Source: an uncultured beta proteobacterium
Lineage (GTDB): Bacteria; Pseudomonadota; Gammaproteobacteria; Burkholderiales; Nitrosomonadaceae
Assembly (NCBI GenBank): GCA_900696615.1
Contig: CAADGS010000116.1
Coordinates: 148 to 64,147, forward strand
Direction of reading: 5' to 3'
Length of the DNA: 64,000 bases
The notes under the pieces: model-generated
Databases searched by the model: none
What the model was told of the DNA's origin: nothing
What the model saw: the letters and a program-made list of their open reading frames with translations, nothing else
Part shown: positions 1-9,068 of the stretch, in pieces
Position numbering within the stretch: position 1 is the first letter of the stretch
How the letters are laid out: each line of letters opens with the position of its first letter
Translations under genes and position numbers: made by a program

Positions 1-1
1 C

Positions 2-214
2 ATTTTCTGCGCGTCAGTACTAATCGTATTGACTGGTTATGTCCAAGCGCATACCGTCATTGAGCCGCCGCAAATAACTGAAGGTCAAAAATCGGAAAAC
101 TATCTGGTTATCACTCATGGTTGTGGTGAAAACGCGGTAATCGGTTCCAGTATTGTTTTTCCGGATGGCGTGGATTCAACGATTGCGGTAAATGGTAATC
201 CTTATTGGAAGTAA
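2..214 (+). CDS. 3' part of an exported protein whose start lies upstream of the window (signal-peptide end ...LTGYVQA/HTV, then a THGCGE segment reminiscent of YcnI/DUF1775)
   Basis: Frame is open from nt 2 to TAA 212-214. Hydrophobic IFCASVLIVLTGYVQA is followed by HTVIEPPQ. Family call rests on motif memory only. Confidence 0.3.
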   Translation: MFCASVLIVLTGYVQAHTVIEPPQITEGQKSENYLVITHGCGENAVIGSSIVFPDGVDSTIAVNGNPYWK

Positions 215-590
215 TGGTTTCAGAATGGATGGGGCATTAGAAAATTCCTATTTGGGGAATGGTGTGAGTGCCGGCGATATTAATGGTGACGGGTTCGATG
301 ATTTAATCGGCGGTTCTTACTATGCCGGCAGTGGCGGTACCACTTATGTGTTATTTGGTAAAGCCTCAGGTTTTGATGCCATAGTGGATTTATCCAATTT
401 GGATGGAATCAATGGATTCAGTATTGATGGAGAAGTTGTAGGAGATCAAGCAGGGTATTCAGTGGATAACGCTGGTGATGTCAATGGTGACGGCTTTGAT
501 GATCTGATCATTGGCGCGCCCTTTGGTGATGGCGTTATCCCTAATACCGGCGTTGGCTATGTCATATTCGGCGGTATATTTGGTGGGTAA
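192..590 (+). CDS. Short FG-GAP/VCBS-type repeat protein (possible remnant or frameshifted continuation of the preceding ORF)
   Basis: Repeats of G.SV..AGD(I/V)NGDGFDDLI(G/I)G. No signal peptide. In-frame TAA at 189-191 blocks upstream extension. Start could also be ATG 225. Confidence 0.45.
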   Translation: MVILIGSNGFRMDGALENSYLGNGVSAGDINGDGFDDLIGGSYYAGSGGTTYVLFGKASGFDAIVDLSNLDGINGFSIDGEVVGDQAGYSVDNAGDVNGDGFDDLIIGAPFGDGVIPNTGVGYVIFGGIFGG

Positions 591-895
591 AACAATATTT
601 CGGATTGACAGTCACAAGTAGAGCAGGTTTCAGCAAATTTTTTTCTTCTTTAACCATACCGGATGATTCATTGTTTGCTTGGTTTTTAAAGCATGGATTT
701 GATTTGCATAATTTATCTGAGGTAATCGTCGATTAATAATACCGTTACCTTGAATTTATGTCTTTGCCGGTAGTACCAAATAAGAAGATCGTTTTCTATA
801 CATATCCCATACACAGATAACGTCCTTGCAACGGGATATTAACGTATCACGCAACATAAATTATCTGTGTTTGCCGGCGTTAATTTCAAAGTTTT

Positions 896-1756
896 TTAGA
901 TTACATCGATCGGTATTTTAAAGTAAGTGACGCCGTTGTCTTCCGCCGGAGGCATTTGTCCCGCGCGTACGTTGACTTGTACGGAAGGCAGTAGCAATAC
1001 CGGCATTTCCAAAGTCGCATCGCGTTTGGTACGCATGGCCACAAATTCATCTTCGCTCACGCCATCATGAACATGAATATTGTGTGCGCGTTCTTCCGCA
1101 ACCGTGCTTTGCCATTGAGCTGAGCGATCGTTAGGAGGGTAATCGTGGCACATGAACAATCTTGTTTCCGCAGGAAAATCCAACAGTTTGCGGATAGAGC
1201 GGTACAATTGACGGGCGTCGCCACCTGGAAAATCGGCACGAGCAGTACCGACATCGGGCATAAATAGCGTATCGCCTATAAAAATTGCATCGTCGAATTG
1301 GTAGGCCATGTCGGCTGGCGTATGCCCGTGAACTGAAATTGCCTTGGCGCTTAGTTTTCCTACATGGAATATTTCGCCATCGGATAGTAGATGGTCAAAT
1401 TGCCTGCCATCCGGTGAAAATTCGGATTCCATATTGAACAATTTTTTGAAAACTTTTTGAACTGCCGGGATATGATCGCCAATGGCGGTTTTTCCGCCCA
1501 ACTTTTGCTTGAGGTAGTGAGCGGAAGAGAGATGATCGGCATGCGCATGCGTTTCGAGTATCCAGCTAACGGTTAGTCGTTGGTCATTAACAAATGCAAT
1601 TAATTTGTCCGCAGAATGGGTTTTCGTTCTGCCTGCTTTGGGATCGTAATCAAGCACGGGATCGATTATTGCGCAACTTCCTCGAGGTTCATCAAAAACA
1701 ACATAACTGACTGTCCAGGTTGCTGGGTCAAAAAAAGCCTGAATATTCGGTTGCAT
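896..1756 (-). CDS. MBL-fold metallo-hydrolase, persulfide dioxygenase (ETHE1/Blh-like)
   Basis: ETHAHADH metal motif, HGHTPAD, later FMCHDY. Start moved to ATG 1756 (MQPNIQAFFDP), which is preceded by AAGGAG. Divergent from the YeeE/ArsR/SQR operon. Confidence 0.8.
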   Translation of the reverse strand: MQPNIQAFFDPATWTVSYVVFDEPRGSCAIIDPVLDYDPKAGRTKTHSADKLIAFVNDQRLTVSWILETHAHADHLSSAHYLKQKLGGKTAIGDHIPAVQKVFKKLFNMESEFSPDGRQFDHLLSDGEIFHVGKLSAKAISVHGHTPADMAYQFDDAIFIGDTLFMPDVGTARADFPGGDARQLYRSIRKLLDFPAETRLFMCHDYPPNDRSAQWQSTVAEERAHNIHVHDGVSEDEFVAMRTKRDATLEMPVLLLPSVQVNVRAGQMPPAEDNGVTYFKIPIDVI

Positions 1757-1856
1757 GGTTATCTCCTTTATTGTAGAAAGTATCAAAATATTCATTGACT
1801 ATAATATATAATAACATGTAATATAATTTTGTCTATAACTGACAGGAATAAAGACT

Positions 1857-2288
1857 ATGAACATAGACTGGCTGAACTTTACACCGGAGTCTGCTCTTGC
1901 TGGTGGCATGGTAATAGGCATCGCGACTGCAATTTTGTTGTTGTTTGGTGGCCGGATAGCTGGCATTTCCGGCATAGTAGGCGGCTTTTTCAAATGGCAT
2001 AGCGGCGATAGGGGATGGCGCATTGCGTTTGTTACAGGACTTATCATGGCGCCTATGATATGGCAATTGTTCAATGCGCTGCCGGCTATTCATATCGACG
2101 CCGGCTATGGCACGCTGGCCGTTGCAGGGTTGATTGTGGGTCTCGGCACGCGCTATGGCTCAGGTTGTACCAGCGGCCATGGAGTCTGCGGACTGTCGCG
2201 CATGTCGCCACGTTCAATTGTGGCCACCGCTATTTTTTTTACGACCGCTATAGCCACGGTTTATGTCATCAGACATATATTGAGCTAA
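1857..2288 (+). CDS. YeeE/YedE family sulfur-compound transport membrane protein (half-size)
   Basis: 143 aa, multiple TM segments, [12 protein letters not shown] motif typical of the YeeE/YedE family. Confidence 0.8.
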   Translation: MNIDWLNFTPESALAGGMVIGIATAILLLFGGRIAGISGIVGGFFKWHSGDRGWRIAFVTGLIMAPMIWQLFNALPAIHIDAGYGTLAVAGLIVGLGTRYGSGCTSGHGVCGLSRMSPRSIVATAIFFTTAIATVYVIRHILS

Positions 2289-2313
2289 TAACTTTATTGC
2301 GGGAGGACGCATT

Positions 2314-2754
2314 ATGACGAGTATTTTAATTGCCTTCATATCCGGCCTTGTTTTCGGTATCGGCTTGATTTTATCGGAAATGGCAAATCCAGAAAAAGTA
2401 TTGTCTTTTCTCGATATGACCGGTTCGTGGGATCCATCATTGGCATTTGTAATGCTAGGAGCAATCAGTGTCGGCGCAATTGCCTTTACCCTAGCGCGAC
2501 GTCGAGGTCAAACCTATCTCGGTGCAACGATCAATTTACCCACGTCGCGCGTTATTGATAAGCGTTTGATTCTGGGAAGCCTGGCATTTGGTGTAGGCTG
2601 GGGCATAGCCGGTATTTGCCCGGGTCCAGGACTTGTTCTGGTAGGAACTGGCAATCTCCACGGGGTAGTATTCGTTCTAGCGATGTTGGTTGGAATGGGT
2701 ATTTTTGAAATGTTGGAACGATACCGCGCAAGTCATACCAAAACGGAGAAATGA
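2314..2754 (+). CDS. YeeE/YedE-related membrane protein (second half-size unit, DUF6691-like)
   Basis: 146 aa hydrophobic protein with GWGIAGICPGPG motif. Located 25 nt after the first YeeE half. Confidence 0.75.
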   Translation: MTSILIAFISGLVFGIGLILSEMANPEKVLSFLDMTGSWDPSLAFVMLGAISVGAIAFTLARRRGQTYLGATINLPTSRVIDKRLILGSLAFGVGWGIAGICPGPGLVLVGTGNLHGVVFVLAMLVGMGIFEMLERYRASHTKTEK

Positions 2755-2864
2755 GCGGAAAGTTGTCATGAGCGAAATCGTGCAGTTTTTTTAGAAATTA
2801 GGCGGGTATTATGCTAAGTAATCGGCTATGTACGACAAAAGAGGAAAATTATGCGGAATGCGGT

Positions 2865-3194
2865 ATGACCATGTCACACAGAAATTCCGTGGCTTCGGCA
2901 TGTGCGCTGCTGAGAGCGCTGTCCAATGAGAACCGCCTATTGATCCTGTGTCAGCTTGTAGAGGGTGAAAAGAATGTCTACGAGCTGGAGCAATTGCTTG
3001 GTATCCGGCAGTCTGCCCTCTCACAACAACTGACTGTTTTGCGTCAAGAGAAGCTGGTGCAAAGTGAACGCAAGGGCAAACATGTTTATTACAGCGTAGC
3101 CGATCATAAAGCATTGCAAATCCTGCAAACGCTATACTGCATTTATTGTGCAGAAAAAGAGCACGAATTTCATCGGAATGAGAGAATTAAATAG
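2865..3194 (+). CDS. ArsR/SmtB-family winged-helix repressor, BigR/SqrR-like candidate persulfide sensor
   Basis: LRALSNENRLLILCQL...VYELEQLLGIRQSALSQQLTVLR HTH. Cys in the ILCQL helix plus C-terminal CIYC. Start is uncertain (ATG 2811, 2865 or 2871). Confidence 0.75.
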   Translation: MTMSHRNSVASACALLRALSNENRLLILCQLVEGEKNVYELEQLLGIRQSALSQQLTVLRQEKLVQSERKGKHVYYSVADHKALQILQTLYCIYCAEKEHEFHRNERIK

Positions 3195-3277
3195 ACGATG
3201 AGGTTTGACAGAGTGTCCAGCAAAGATTATTTGGGGTTGGTGAGAATTAAATCACATCCTTACAGGAGGAGAGCGCA

Positions 3278-4966
3278 ATGAGCATTGTTACGGAAAAACT
3301 GGATGAGAAGTTATTCGTTACCGGTCAAATCAGTAGCGATGATTTGGCGGGAATCGCCGCGGCAGGTTATAAAGCCATTATCTGCAACCGTCCCGATTAT
3401 GAAGACGGTGCAACGCAACCCACTAGCAATGAATTGGAGCAGGCTGCGAATTCGTTGGGAATTAAATTTGTTTATTTGCCGGTAGCCATTGGTTCGCTTT
3501 CTGTAGAAAAAAGCCAAACATTTAACGCATTACTGGCTGAGTTGCCCGGACCGGTTCTTGCTTTTTGTAATACCGGCAATCGTTCCCGCAGGTTGTACGA
3601 ACTCGGCAGACAAGGCCAAGCGTCCGATGCCGAAGATGAGACGGTCACAGCCGCCTGTAGCTGGACTGGGGATGCGCTCGAGACCACTCATATTCCACAT
3701 GCAAGCCATGATCGGTCGATGCCGTCGGTAGCCGCTTGCAACTGGGGCAATGCGTTCGATGTTGTCGTAATCGGCGGTGGTGCAGCGGGTATCGGTGTTG
3801 CTGCCAGCCTTTTGCATCGCCGGCCAGCGCTTCGCATTGCCATAATCGAGCCCAGCGATAAGCATTATTATCAGCCGGCATGGACGCTAGTAGGTGGCGG
3901 CGCTTATGACATCGCGCAAACAGTACGCAACATGGCGGATGTGATTCCTCCAAAAGCAGAATGGATACAAGCGGAAGCGGCTGGTTTTGACCCGGAGAAC
4001 AACTTAGTTAACTTGGCGGATGGCCGTTCAATCGGCTACAGACAATTAATCGTTTGTCCGGGCATACGTTTGGCCTGGGAAAAAATAGCAGGCTTGCCGG
4101 AAACACTCGGCAAGAATGGTGTCACGTCAAACTATCATTTCGAGTTGGCGCCTTATACCTGGTCGCTGACGAAAAATCTTAAAAACGGTAAAGCGCTGTT
4201 TACACAACCGCCGATGCCGATCAAATGTGCCGGCGCGCCTCAAAAAGCGATGTATCTTTCATCCGATTACTGGTTGCGCCACCGTATGCTGGATAAAATC
4301 GATGTCGAGTTCAATACCGCCGGGGCAGTTTTATTTGGCGTAGCTGATTTTGTACCATCCTTAATGGAATATGTGAAACGTTATCATGCCAAGTTGGTAT
4401 TCAATTCGACCCTGGTAAAAGTCGATGGCGCCAGTAAAACTGCTTTTTTCGATATCAAGGATAGCGATGGAAATATAATCCGGGTTGAAAAAACATTTGA
4501 TATGTTACATGTGGTTCCACCTCAGGTAGCGCCGGACTTTATTCGTCAAAGCCCTTTGGCCGATGCGGCGGGATTTTGTGAAGTGAATCCAAAAACCTTA
4601 CAACATCCGCGTTATGCCAATATTTTCTCGTTAGGTGATGTTTGTTCTTCACCGAATGCCAAGACGGCTGCGGCCGCCAGAAAACAAATCGTCATTGTGG
4701 CGGAAAATCTACTTGCAGCCAAGGAAGGGCGGGAATGCTCCCATATTTATGATGGATATGGCGCTTGCCCGCTTACGGTGGAAAATGGCAAAGTAATTCT
4801 GGCCGAATTTGGTTTTGGCGGTAAGTTGCTACCTACTTTTCCGCTTGATCCGGTAGTACCCAGGCGTTTTTCTTGGCTGCTCAAAGCCAAGCTATTTCCC
4901 TGGTTATACTGGCATGGCATGTTGAAAGGCCGAGAATGGCTGACTGGTTCAACGGGTGTGAGTTAA
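3278..4966 (+). CDS. sqr: Fusion of a DUF442 (PTP-like/sulfurtransferase-like, CX4R loop) domain to type II sulfide:quinone oxidoreductase (SQOR-like)
   Basis: N-terminus has AFCNTGNRS. The VVVIGGGAAGIG FAD fold follows. IKCAGAPQKAMYL, LGDVCSSPNAKTAAA and YDGYGACPL blocks match my memory of human SQOR and bacterial type II SQR. Confidence 0.85.
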   Translation: MSIVTEKLDEKLFVTGQISSDDLAGIAAAGYKAIICNRPDYEDGATQPTSNELEQAANSLGIKFVYLPVAIGSLSVEKSQTFNALLAELPGPVLAFCNTGNRSRRLYELGRQGQASDAEDETVTAACSWTGDALETTHIPHASHDRSMPSVAACNWGNAFDVVVIGGGAAGIGVAASLLHRRPALRIAIIEPSDKHYYQPAWTLVGGGAYDIAQTVRNMADVIPPKAEWIQAEAAGFDPENNLVNLADGRSIGYRQLIVCPGIRLAWEKIAGLPETLGKNGVTSNYHFELAPYTWSLTKNLKNGKALFTQPPMPIKCAGAPQKAMYLSSDYWLRHRMLDKIDVEFNTAGAVLFGVADFVPSLMEYVKRYHAKLVFNSTLVKVDGASKTAFFDIKDSDGNIIRVEKTFDMLHVVPPQVAPDFIRQSPLADAAGFCEVNPKTLQHPRYANIFSLGDVCSSPNAKTAAAARKQIVIVAENLLAAKEGRECSHIYDGYGACPLTVENGKVILAEFGFGGKLLPTFPLDPVVPRRFSWLLKAKLFPWLYWHGMLKGREWLTGSTGVS

Positions 4967-4971
4967 ACGGC

Positions 4972-5793
4972 ATGGATCCTATTCTGATCAGTATTATTTT
5001 AGGCGCACTGACTGGGGTTGTGCTCGCTCTTACTGGAGCCGGTGGCACCATTGTTGCAGTGCCGTTACTCATGTTCAGCTTGCATCTGACAGTTGCCGAA
5101 GCTGCGCCCATCGGTTTGTTCGCAGTGGGACTATCCGCTGCTATTGGAGCATTATTGGGTTTAAGGCAAAAGATTGTCCGGTACCGGGCCGCCAGCCTGA
5201 TTGCTTTTGCAGGCGCATTGACTGCTCCGGCAGGGGTATGGCTCGCACAGCGCTTGCCGAATGCGCCATTAAGCATACTATTTGCGGCTGTGCTGATTTT
5301 TGTAGCTGTTCGCATGTTTCGTCAAAGCCGGCAAGATTCTACTGATATTGTGCGTAGCACTGAAGAGCCACCTTGCCGGTTGGATGACATTGAGGGACGC
5401 TTGATTTGGAACATTCCTTGCTTTAGAGCACTGTCCCTGTCGGGGACGGCGGCAGGGTTTTTGTCAGGCCTTCTGGGTGTAGGCGGCGGATTTATTATTG
5501 TGCCGACACTCAGAAAGGTCACCGATTTGAGTGTGCCATCGATATTGGCTACATCGCTTGCCATTATTGCGCTGATTTCCCTGACAGGTGTCACTTCAGC
5601 GATATTTATTGGCGCATTGAATTGGTCGATCGCAATACCTTTTTGTGGCGCCACAGTGGCCGGAATGTTTTTAGGCAGATTATTCGCTGACCGTGTAGCT
5701 GGGCATACGTTGCAGCAAGGTTTTGCCATTATGGCAATTTGTATAGCCATAAGTATGATTATTAAAGTAATTTGGAATGTTTTTTTGCTCTAG
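4972..5793 (+). CDS. TauE/SafE family sulfite/anion exporter
   Basis: Polytopic membrane protein with duplicated GAGGTIVAVPLL / GVGGGFIIVPTL motifs. ATG 4972 lies 5 nt after the sqr stop. The longer ORF-track start overlaps sqr. Confidence 0.8.
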   Translation: MDPILISIILGALTGVVLALTGAGGTIVAVPLLMFSLHLTVAEAAPIGLFAVGLSAAIGALLGLRQKIVRYRAASLIAFAGALTAPAGVWLAQRLPNAPLSILFAAVLIFVAVRMFRQSRQDSTDIVRSTEEPPCRLDDIEGRLIWNIPCFRALSLSGTAAGFLSGLLGVGGGFIIVPTLRKVTDLSVPSILATSLAIIALISLTGVTSAIFIGALNWSIAIPFCGATVAGMFLGRLFADRVAGHTLQQGFAIMAICIAISMIIKVIWNVFLL

Positions 5794-5923
5794 AATATTG
5801 TCCTGGCCTTCGGAGATTATGCAAAAAAACTTTTTCCCAGGTGCCTGCCAAAGCATCTTGAATGACAAAAGTCAGGACATGCCGTCCAGCAAGCAGTCTG
5901 GATGCAGGCTGAACCTTAACGGT

Positions 5924-8900
5924 TTAGATCACCATAATATCCGCATTCGTGATCGCTAATCCTGAACCGATCACGGCAAATTGTTTGGCTGCTCCCGCTC
6001 CACTGCCGTCTGCATCGTACAACAATGTTCCAGCTATTCTGTTGTAAATAATGAAATCATTTGCATCTAAGGCCCTGTCTCCAATAATAAACTGACCTGC
6101 AGGTAACAGACCATTTGTTATCAGCGAAGTGAAAACAGCATTTTCAAGCTGAATAGTGTCATTAACCGCAATAAAATCGGTGATCGTATCGACATGCCCA
6201 ATTGTGGTGAATCTAAAAATATCATTACCCGGCCCGCCGGTTAAAGTGTTAATGCCCGCGAGACCGTCGAGGATGTCGTTACCGTTACCGCCCCTTAATT
6301 GATTATTAGCTGGATTGCCAACTATGGAATTCGGGAGATTATTACCCGTGCCGTTAATAGATGCCGTACCAGTTAATGTGAGATTTTCAATATTTGCTGC
6401 CAGCGAGTGGGTTATGCTGCTGTTAACCCGGTCTATTCCTTCGTTGAGCAATTCAGTAATGACGTTACCCGGATTATTGATAACAAAAATATCATTACCC
6501 AAACCACCAATAAGGGTATTCGTTCCGGCGTTGCCATTTATCCAATCGTTTCCGGCATTACCATTGAGGATATTATTCGCTGAATTTCCGATAAGCGTAT
6601 TGGCCAAACCATTACCGATGCCATTGATGGTTGACGTGCCGGTTAATTGAAGGTTCTCAACATTGGCGGCTAATGTGTAGGTGATTGTGCTGCTCACGCT
6701 GTCGGTGCCGCTATTGAGATTTTCAATGATTTGATCGTTGGCATTATCAATAACATAACTATCATTACCAAGCCCGCCAATTAGAGTGTCTATACCGCTA
6801 TTTCCATTGAGCCTGTCATTGCCGGCATTTCCTCGCAAAATATTATTCTGGCTATTGCCCTTCAGAATGTCATCGAAGTTACTACCCGTCAGATTTTCGA
6901 TATTGATCAGTTGATCAAAACCTGCACCGATCGTGTTTTGTTGACCGGTAATGGCAAGAGAGACTGAAACCGCAGCCGTTGAGTAGATATAGGTTGCGGT
7001 GTCGTTGGTTGCCGCTCCAGTGAGTATATCGTTGCCGGCTGTACTTGCGAGCATTCGCCCGGCAGATTCAACTACGCGGAAAATCTGATCGGCGGGAATA
7101 TTTTTTATGATTTGTACGATACCGCTTGGCCAATGAATGGTTAATTCTTGCACGAGGGTATTGTTGGCCAGCCCGAAGTGGATGCGCGAGTGGTTTTGTA
7201 CTTGATTATGTATGCCGCCGGATTGCTCACGTAATTGCGTAGTGCCGCCTGCAGTTAGAAAAATTTGCGCGCCGATTCCATCGCGATTTGAAGTTATGCC
7301 CTGCAAGTCTATTTCAAGCCAATGATTAGCATTGCCTTCATTGTGAAAAAGTTCATAGGGCGCAAAAGTATTGATCGGAGATTTTTGTCCTCTACCGTTT
7401 GCTACCAAAAGATCGAGAAAGCCATCAAGATTATAATCGGCCGTCGTTACAAAATCCCCTTCGCCAATAGTAGTTCCTGCCGCACCTCCAGCATCCGGAA
7501 CGGCAATGAAGGTTCCATTTCCTTGATTCTCATAGAGAATATCTGGTGTGTTGGTGACGGTGCGCGAGGTGACAATGAATATATCCTGATCCATATCGTT
7601 GTCGAAGTCGCCGGCTACCACATTGTTGCCATGAATGGGAACATGATTGATTCCCGCTTGTTGACTTTGATTAACGAATCCTGATTCTGTATTTATCCAT
7701 AGTTGATCATTAACTGCAGGAGGATCGGGTTGAAAGCCAATAGTGGTCAACTTGGATATTGCATTGGTTGTTTCAATAAAAGCAAGAATTCTGTTTTCAT
7801 CCAGGATGTTATTGTCAATGTCAATATGATCGGAGCTTGACAGCTTGAATTGCCAGCGTTGTAGGCTAGGATCGTAGCCGACAAAAATTCCGCGATCTAC
7901 ACCGGGTGTATGTGGGAAAATTCCATTAACTAAGGGATCCTGCGGCGATAAGGTAAATTTCCAACTGGTGGGATGAGTGCCTGTCGCACCAATATATACC
8001 TGATCGAGCGGTATGGAGTATTTGCCATTGAAGGTGTTAAAAATATCGAAGGTTATTTGTTGTGTCGTATCAATCTCGATCCCTTTTTCTTCTCGCTTAA
8101 CCGATAGGCCTACGATAGCTTTATTCGTATCGTTCTGAAAGATGTCGTTGCCGGCTCGAATCGCACCCTGTGTCAGATACACATCAGGTCGCAAATCACC
8201 GTTGAAGTCGGCAGTGACGGCATCTTCGGCGGCTATGGCATTGGGTATTGTAGACGCGGTAATATCCCTGAAAGTGGGAAGGGAGGTATCATAAACCGTG
8301 AAATCGTTGGGATTAGTCCTCCCAATAAGGTCTAACCTACCATCGCCAGATAAATCTGATAAAAGAAAGTACCTGGCATCGGTTAGATTAAAGCCAATAC
8401 TTGCAGGGGCAGCTTCGAAAGTGTGATCGGCTTGTTGCAGAAAAACTCTCGGGGGAGCTTCCAAGTCGTCCCTTCTTGGCTGGATACCAACAATCAAGTC
8501 CAATAAGCCGTCATTATTGACATCAGACCAGAGAGGATTTAATCCAACTGCCAGCGGATAATCGACTCCGCGCTCACTGGCTTGATCATCCAATAGGCCG
8601 TTTTCATTGATATAGAACTGGTTGGACCATTGCGGTCCAATAGCGAGACCATAAGGCGCACCTACCAATTGTATAAAATCCTGATCGCCATCGTTATCAA
8701 AATCAGCCCATGCCGGTCCATGGTGATCAGACCGCGGTAATTCCGTGAAAATACTGGCGGTGACATCGGTAAAACTTCCATTTCGTTGGTTCAAGTACAA
8801 AATACCATGAGGGTTGTTGTTGAAAAGCTCATGATTGTTTACCCACAGATCGGGATAGCTATCGTTATTTACGTCACCCCACGCTCCACCCCATGTTCTG

Positions 8901-8959
8901 CCTAGATAATCGATGCCGGTTTGCGTTGATGGGATTGCTCTAAAAGATATATTGCTCAT
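5924..8959 (-). CDS. Large secreted FG-GAP/VCBS (CRTAC1-like) protein with an ASPIC/UnbV domain and C-terminal RTX calcium-binding repeats (probable T1SS substrate)
   Basis: Repeated DFDNDGD/DFNGDLRPD/DFDNDMDQD loops. HWLEIDLQG..NRDGIGAQI...HFGLA (UnbV_ASPIC). Many GNAGND/GGLGND nonapeptides. No N-terminal signal peptide. Confidence 0.85.
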   Translation of the reverse strand: MSNISFRAIPSTQTGIDYLGRTWGGAWGDVNNDSYPDLWVNNHELFNNNPHGILYLNQRNGSFTDVTASIFTELPRSDHHGPAWADFDNDGDQDFIQLVGAPYGLAIGPQWSNQFYINENGLLDDQASERGVDYPLAVGLNPLWSDVNNDGLLDLIVGIQPRRDDLEAPPRVFLQQADHTFEAAPASIGFNLTDARYFLLSDLSGDGRLDLIGRTNPNDFTVYDTSLPTFRDITASTIPNAIAAEDAVTADFNGDLRPDVYLTQGAIRAGNDIFQNDTNKAIVGLSVKREEKGIEIDTTQQITFDIFNTFNGKYSIPLDQVYIGATGTHPTSWKFTLSPQDPLVNGIFPHTPGVDRGIFVGYDPSLQRWQFKLSSSDHIDIDNNILDENRILAFIETTNAISKLTTIGFQPDPPAVNDQLWINTESGFVNQSQQAGINHVPIHGNNVVAGDFDNDMDQDIFIVTSRTVTNTPDILYENQGNGTFIAVPDAGGAAGTTIGEGDFVTTADYNLDGFLDLLVANGRGQKSPINTFAPYELFHNEGNANHWLEIDLQGITSNRDGIGAQIFLTAGGTTQLREQSGGIHNQVQNHSRIHFGLANNTLVQELTIHWPSGIVQIIKNIPADQIFRVVESAGRMLASTAGNDILTGAATNDTATYIYSTAAVSVSLAITGQQNTIGAGFDQLINIENLTGSNFDDILKGNSQNNILRGNAGNDRLNGNSGIDTLIGGLGNDSYVIDNANDQIIENLNSGTDSVSSTITYTLAANVENLQLTGTSTINGIGNGLANTLIGNSANNILNGNAGNDWINGNAGTNTLIGGLGNDIFVINNPGNVITELLNEGIDRVNSSITHSLAANIENLTLTGTASINGTGNNLPNSIVGNPANNQLRGGNGNDILDGLAGINTLTGGPGNDIFRFTTIGHVDTITDFIAVNDTIQLENAVFTSLITNGLLPAGQFIIGDRALDANDFIIYNRIAGTLLYDADGSGAGAAKQFAVIGSGLAITNADIMVI
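6247..7042 (-). repeat. Coding tandem repeats (about three ~88-aa units made of RTX GGxGxD nonapeptides) inside the large secreted protein
   Basis: Units ENL(T/Q)LTG..ING.GN...N.L.GN.GND.L.G..G.NTL.GG.GND recur three times in the translation. Confidence 0.6.
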
Positions 8960-9068
8960 AGTGTGTAGCCCCCAGTAACTTGTCAGTTTTCCATCAATTT
9001 GAATGACTAAGCTTATTGATTATTTTTAACAATTTAAATGTTAATAATTGCGACTCAATTACCATACT

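Noticed and set aside
811-870. 10-bp inverted repeat ACACAGATAA ... TTATCTGTGT (40-nt spacer) between the convergent FG-GAP ORF and the MBL gene, considered as a terminator
   Set aside because: The loop is long and no U-tract follows on either strand. It could be a weak structure or an element remnant, but there is insufficient support.
1757-1856. BigR/SqrR operator in the divergent MBL/YeeE promoter region (TATAATATATAATAACATGTAATATAAT)
   Set aside because: Only a 6-bp ACATGT palindrome in extremely AT-rich sequence. I cannot match it to a known operator consensus from memory.
6247-7042. Periodic DNA in the RTX region, considered as a non-coding tandem repeat or CRISPR-like array
   Set aside because: The periodicity is explained by in-frame GGxGxD nonapeptide and ~88-aa protein repeats within one long ORF. 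There is no repeat-spacer structure.
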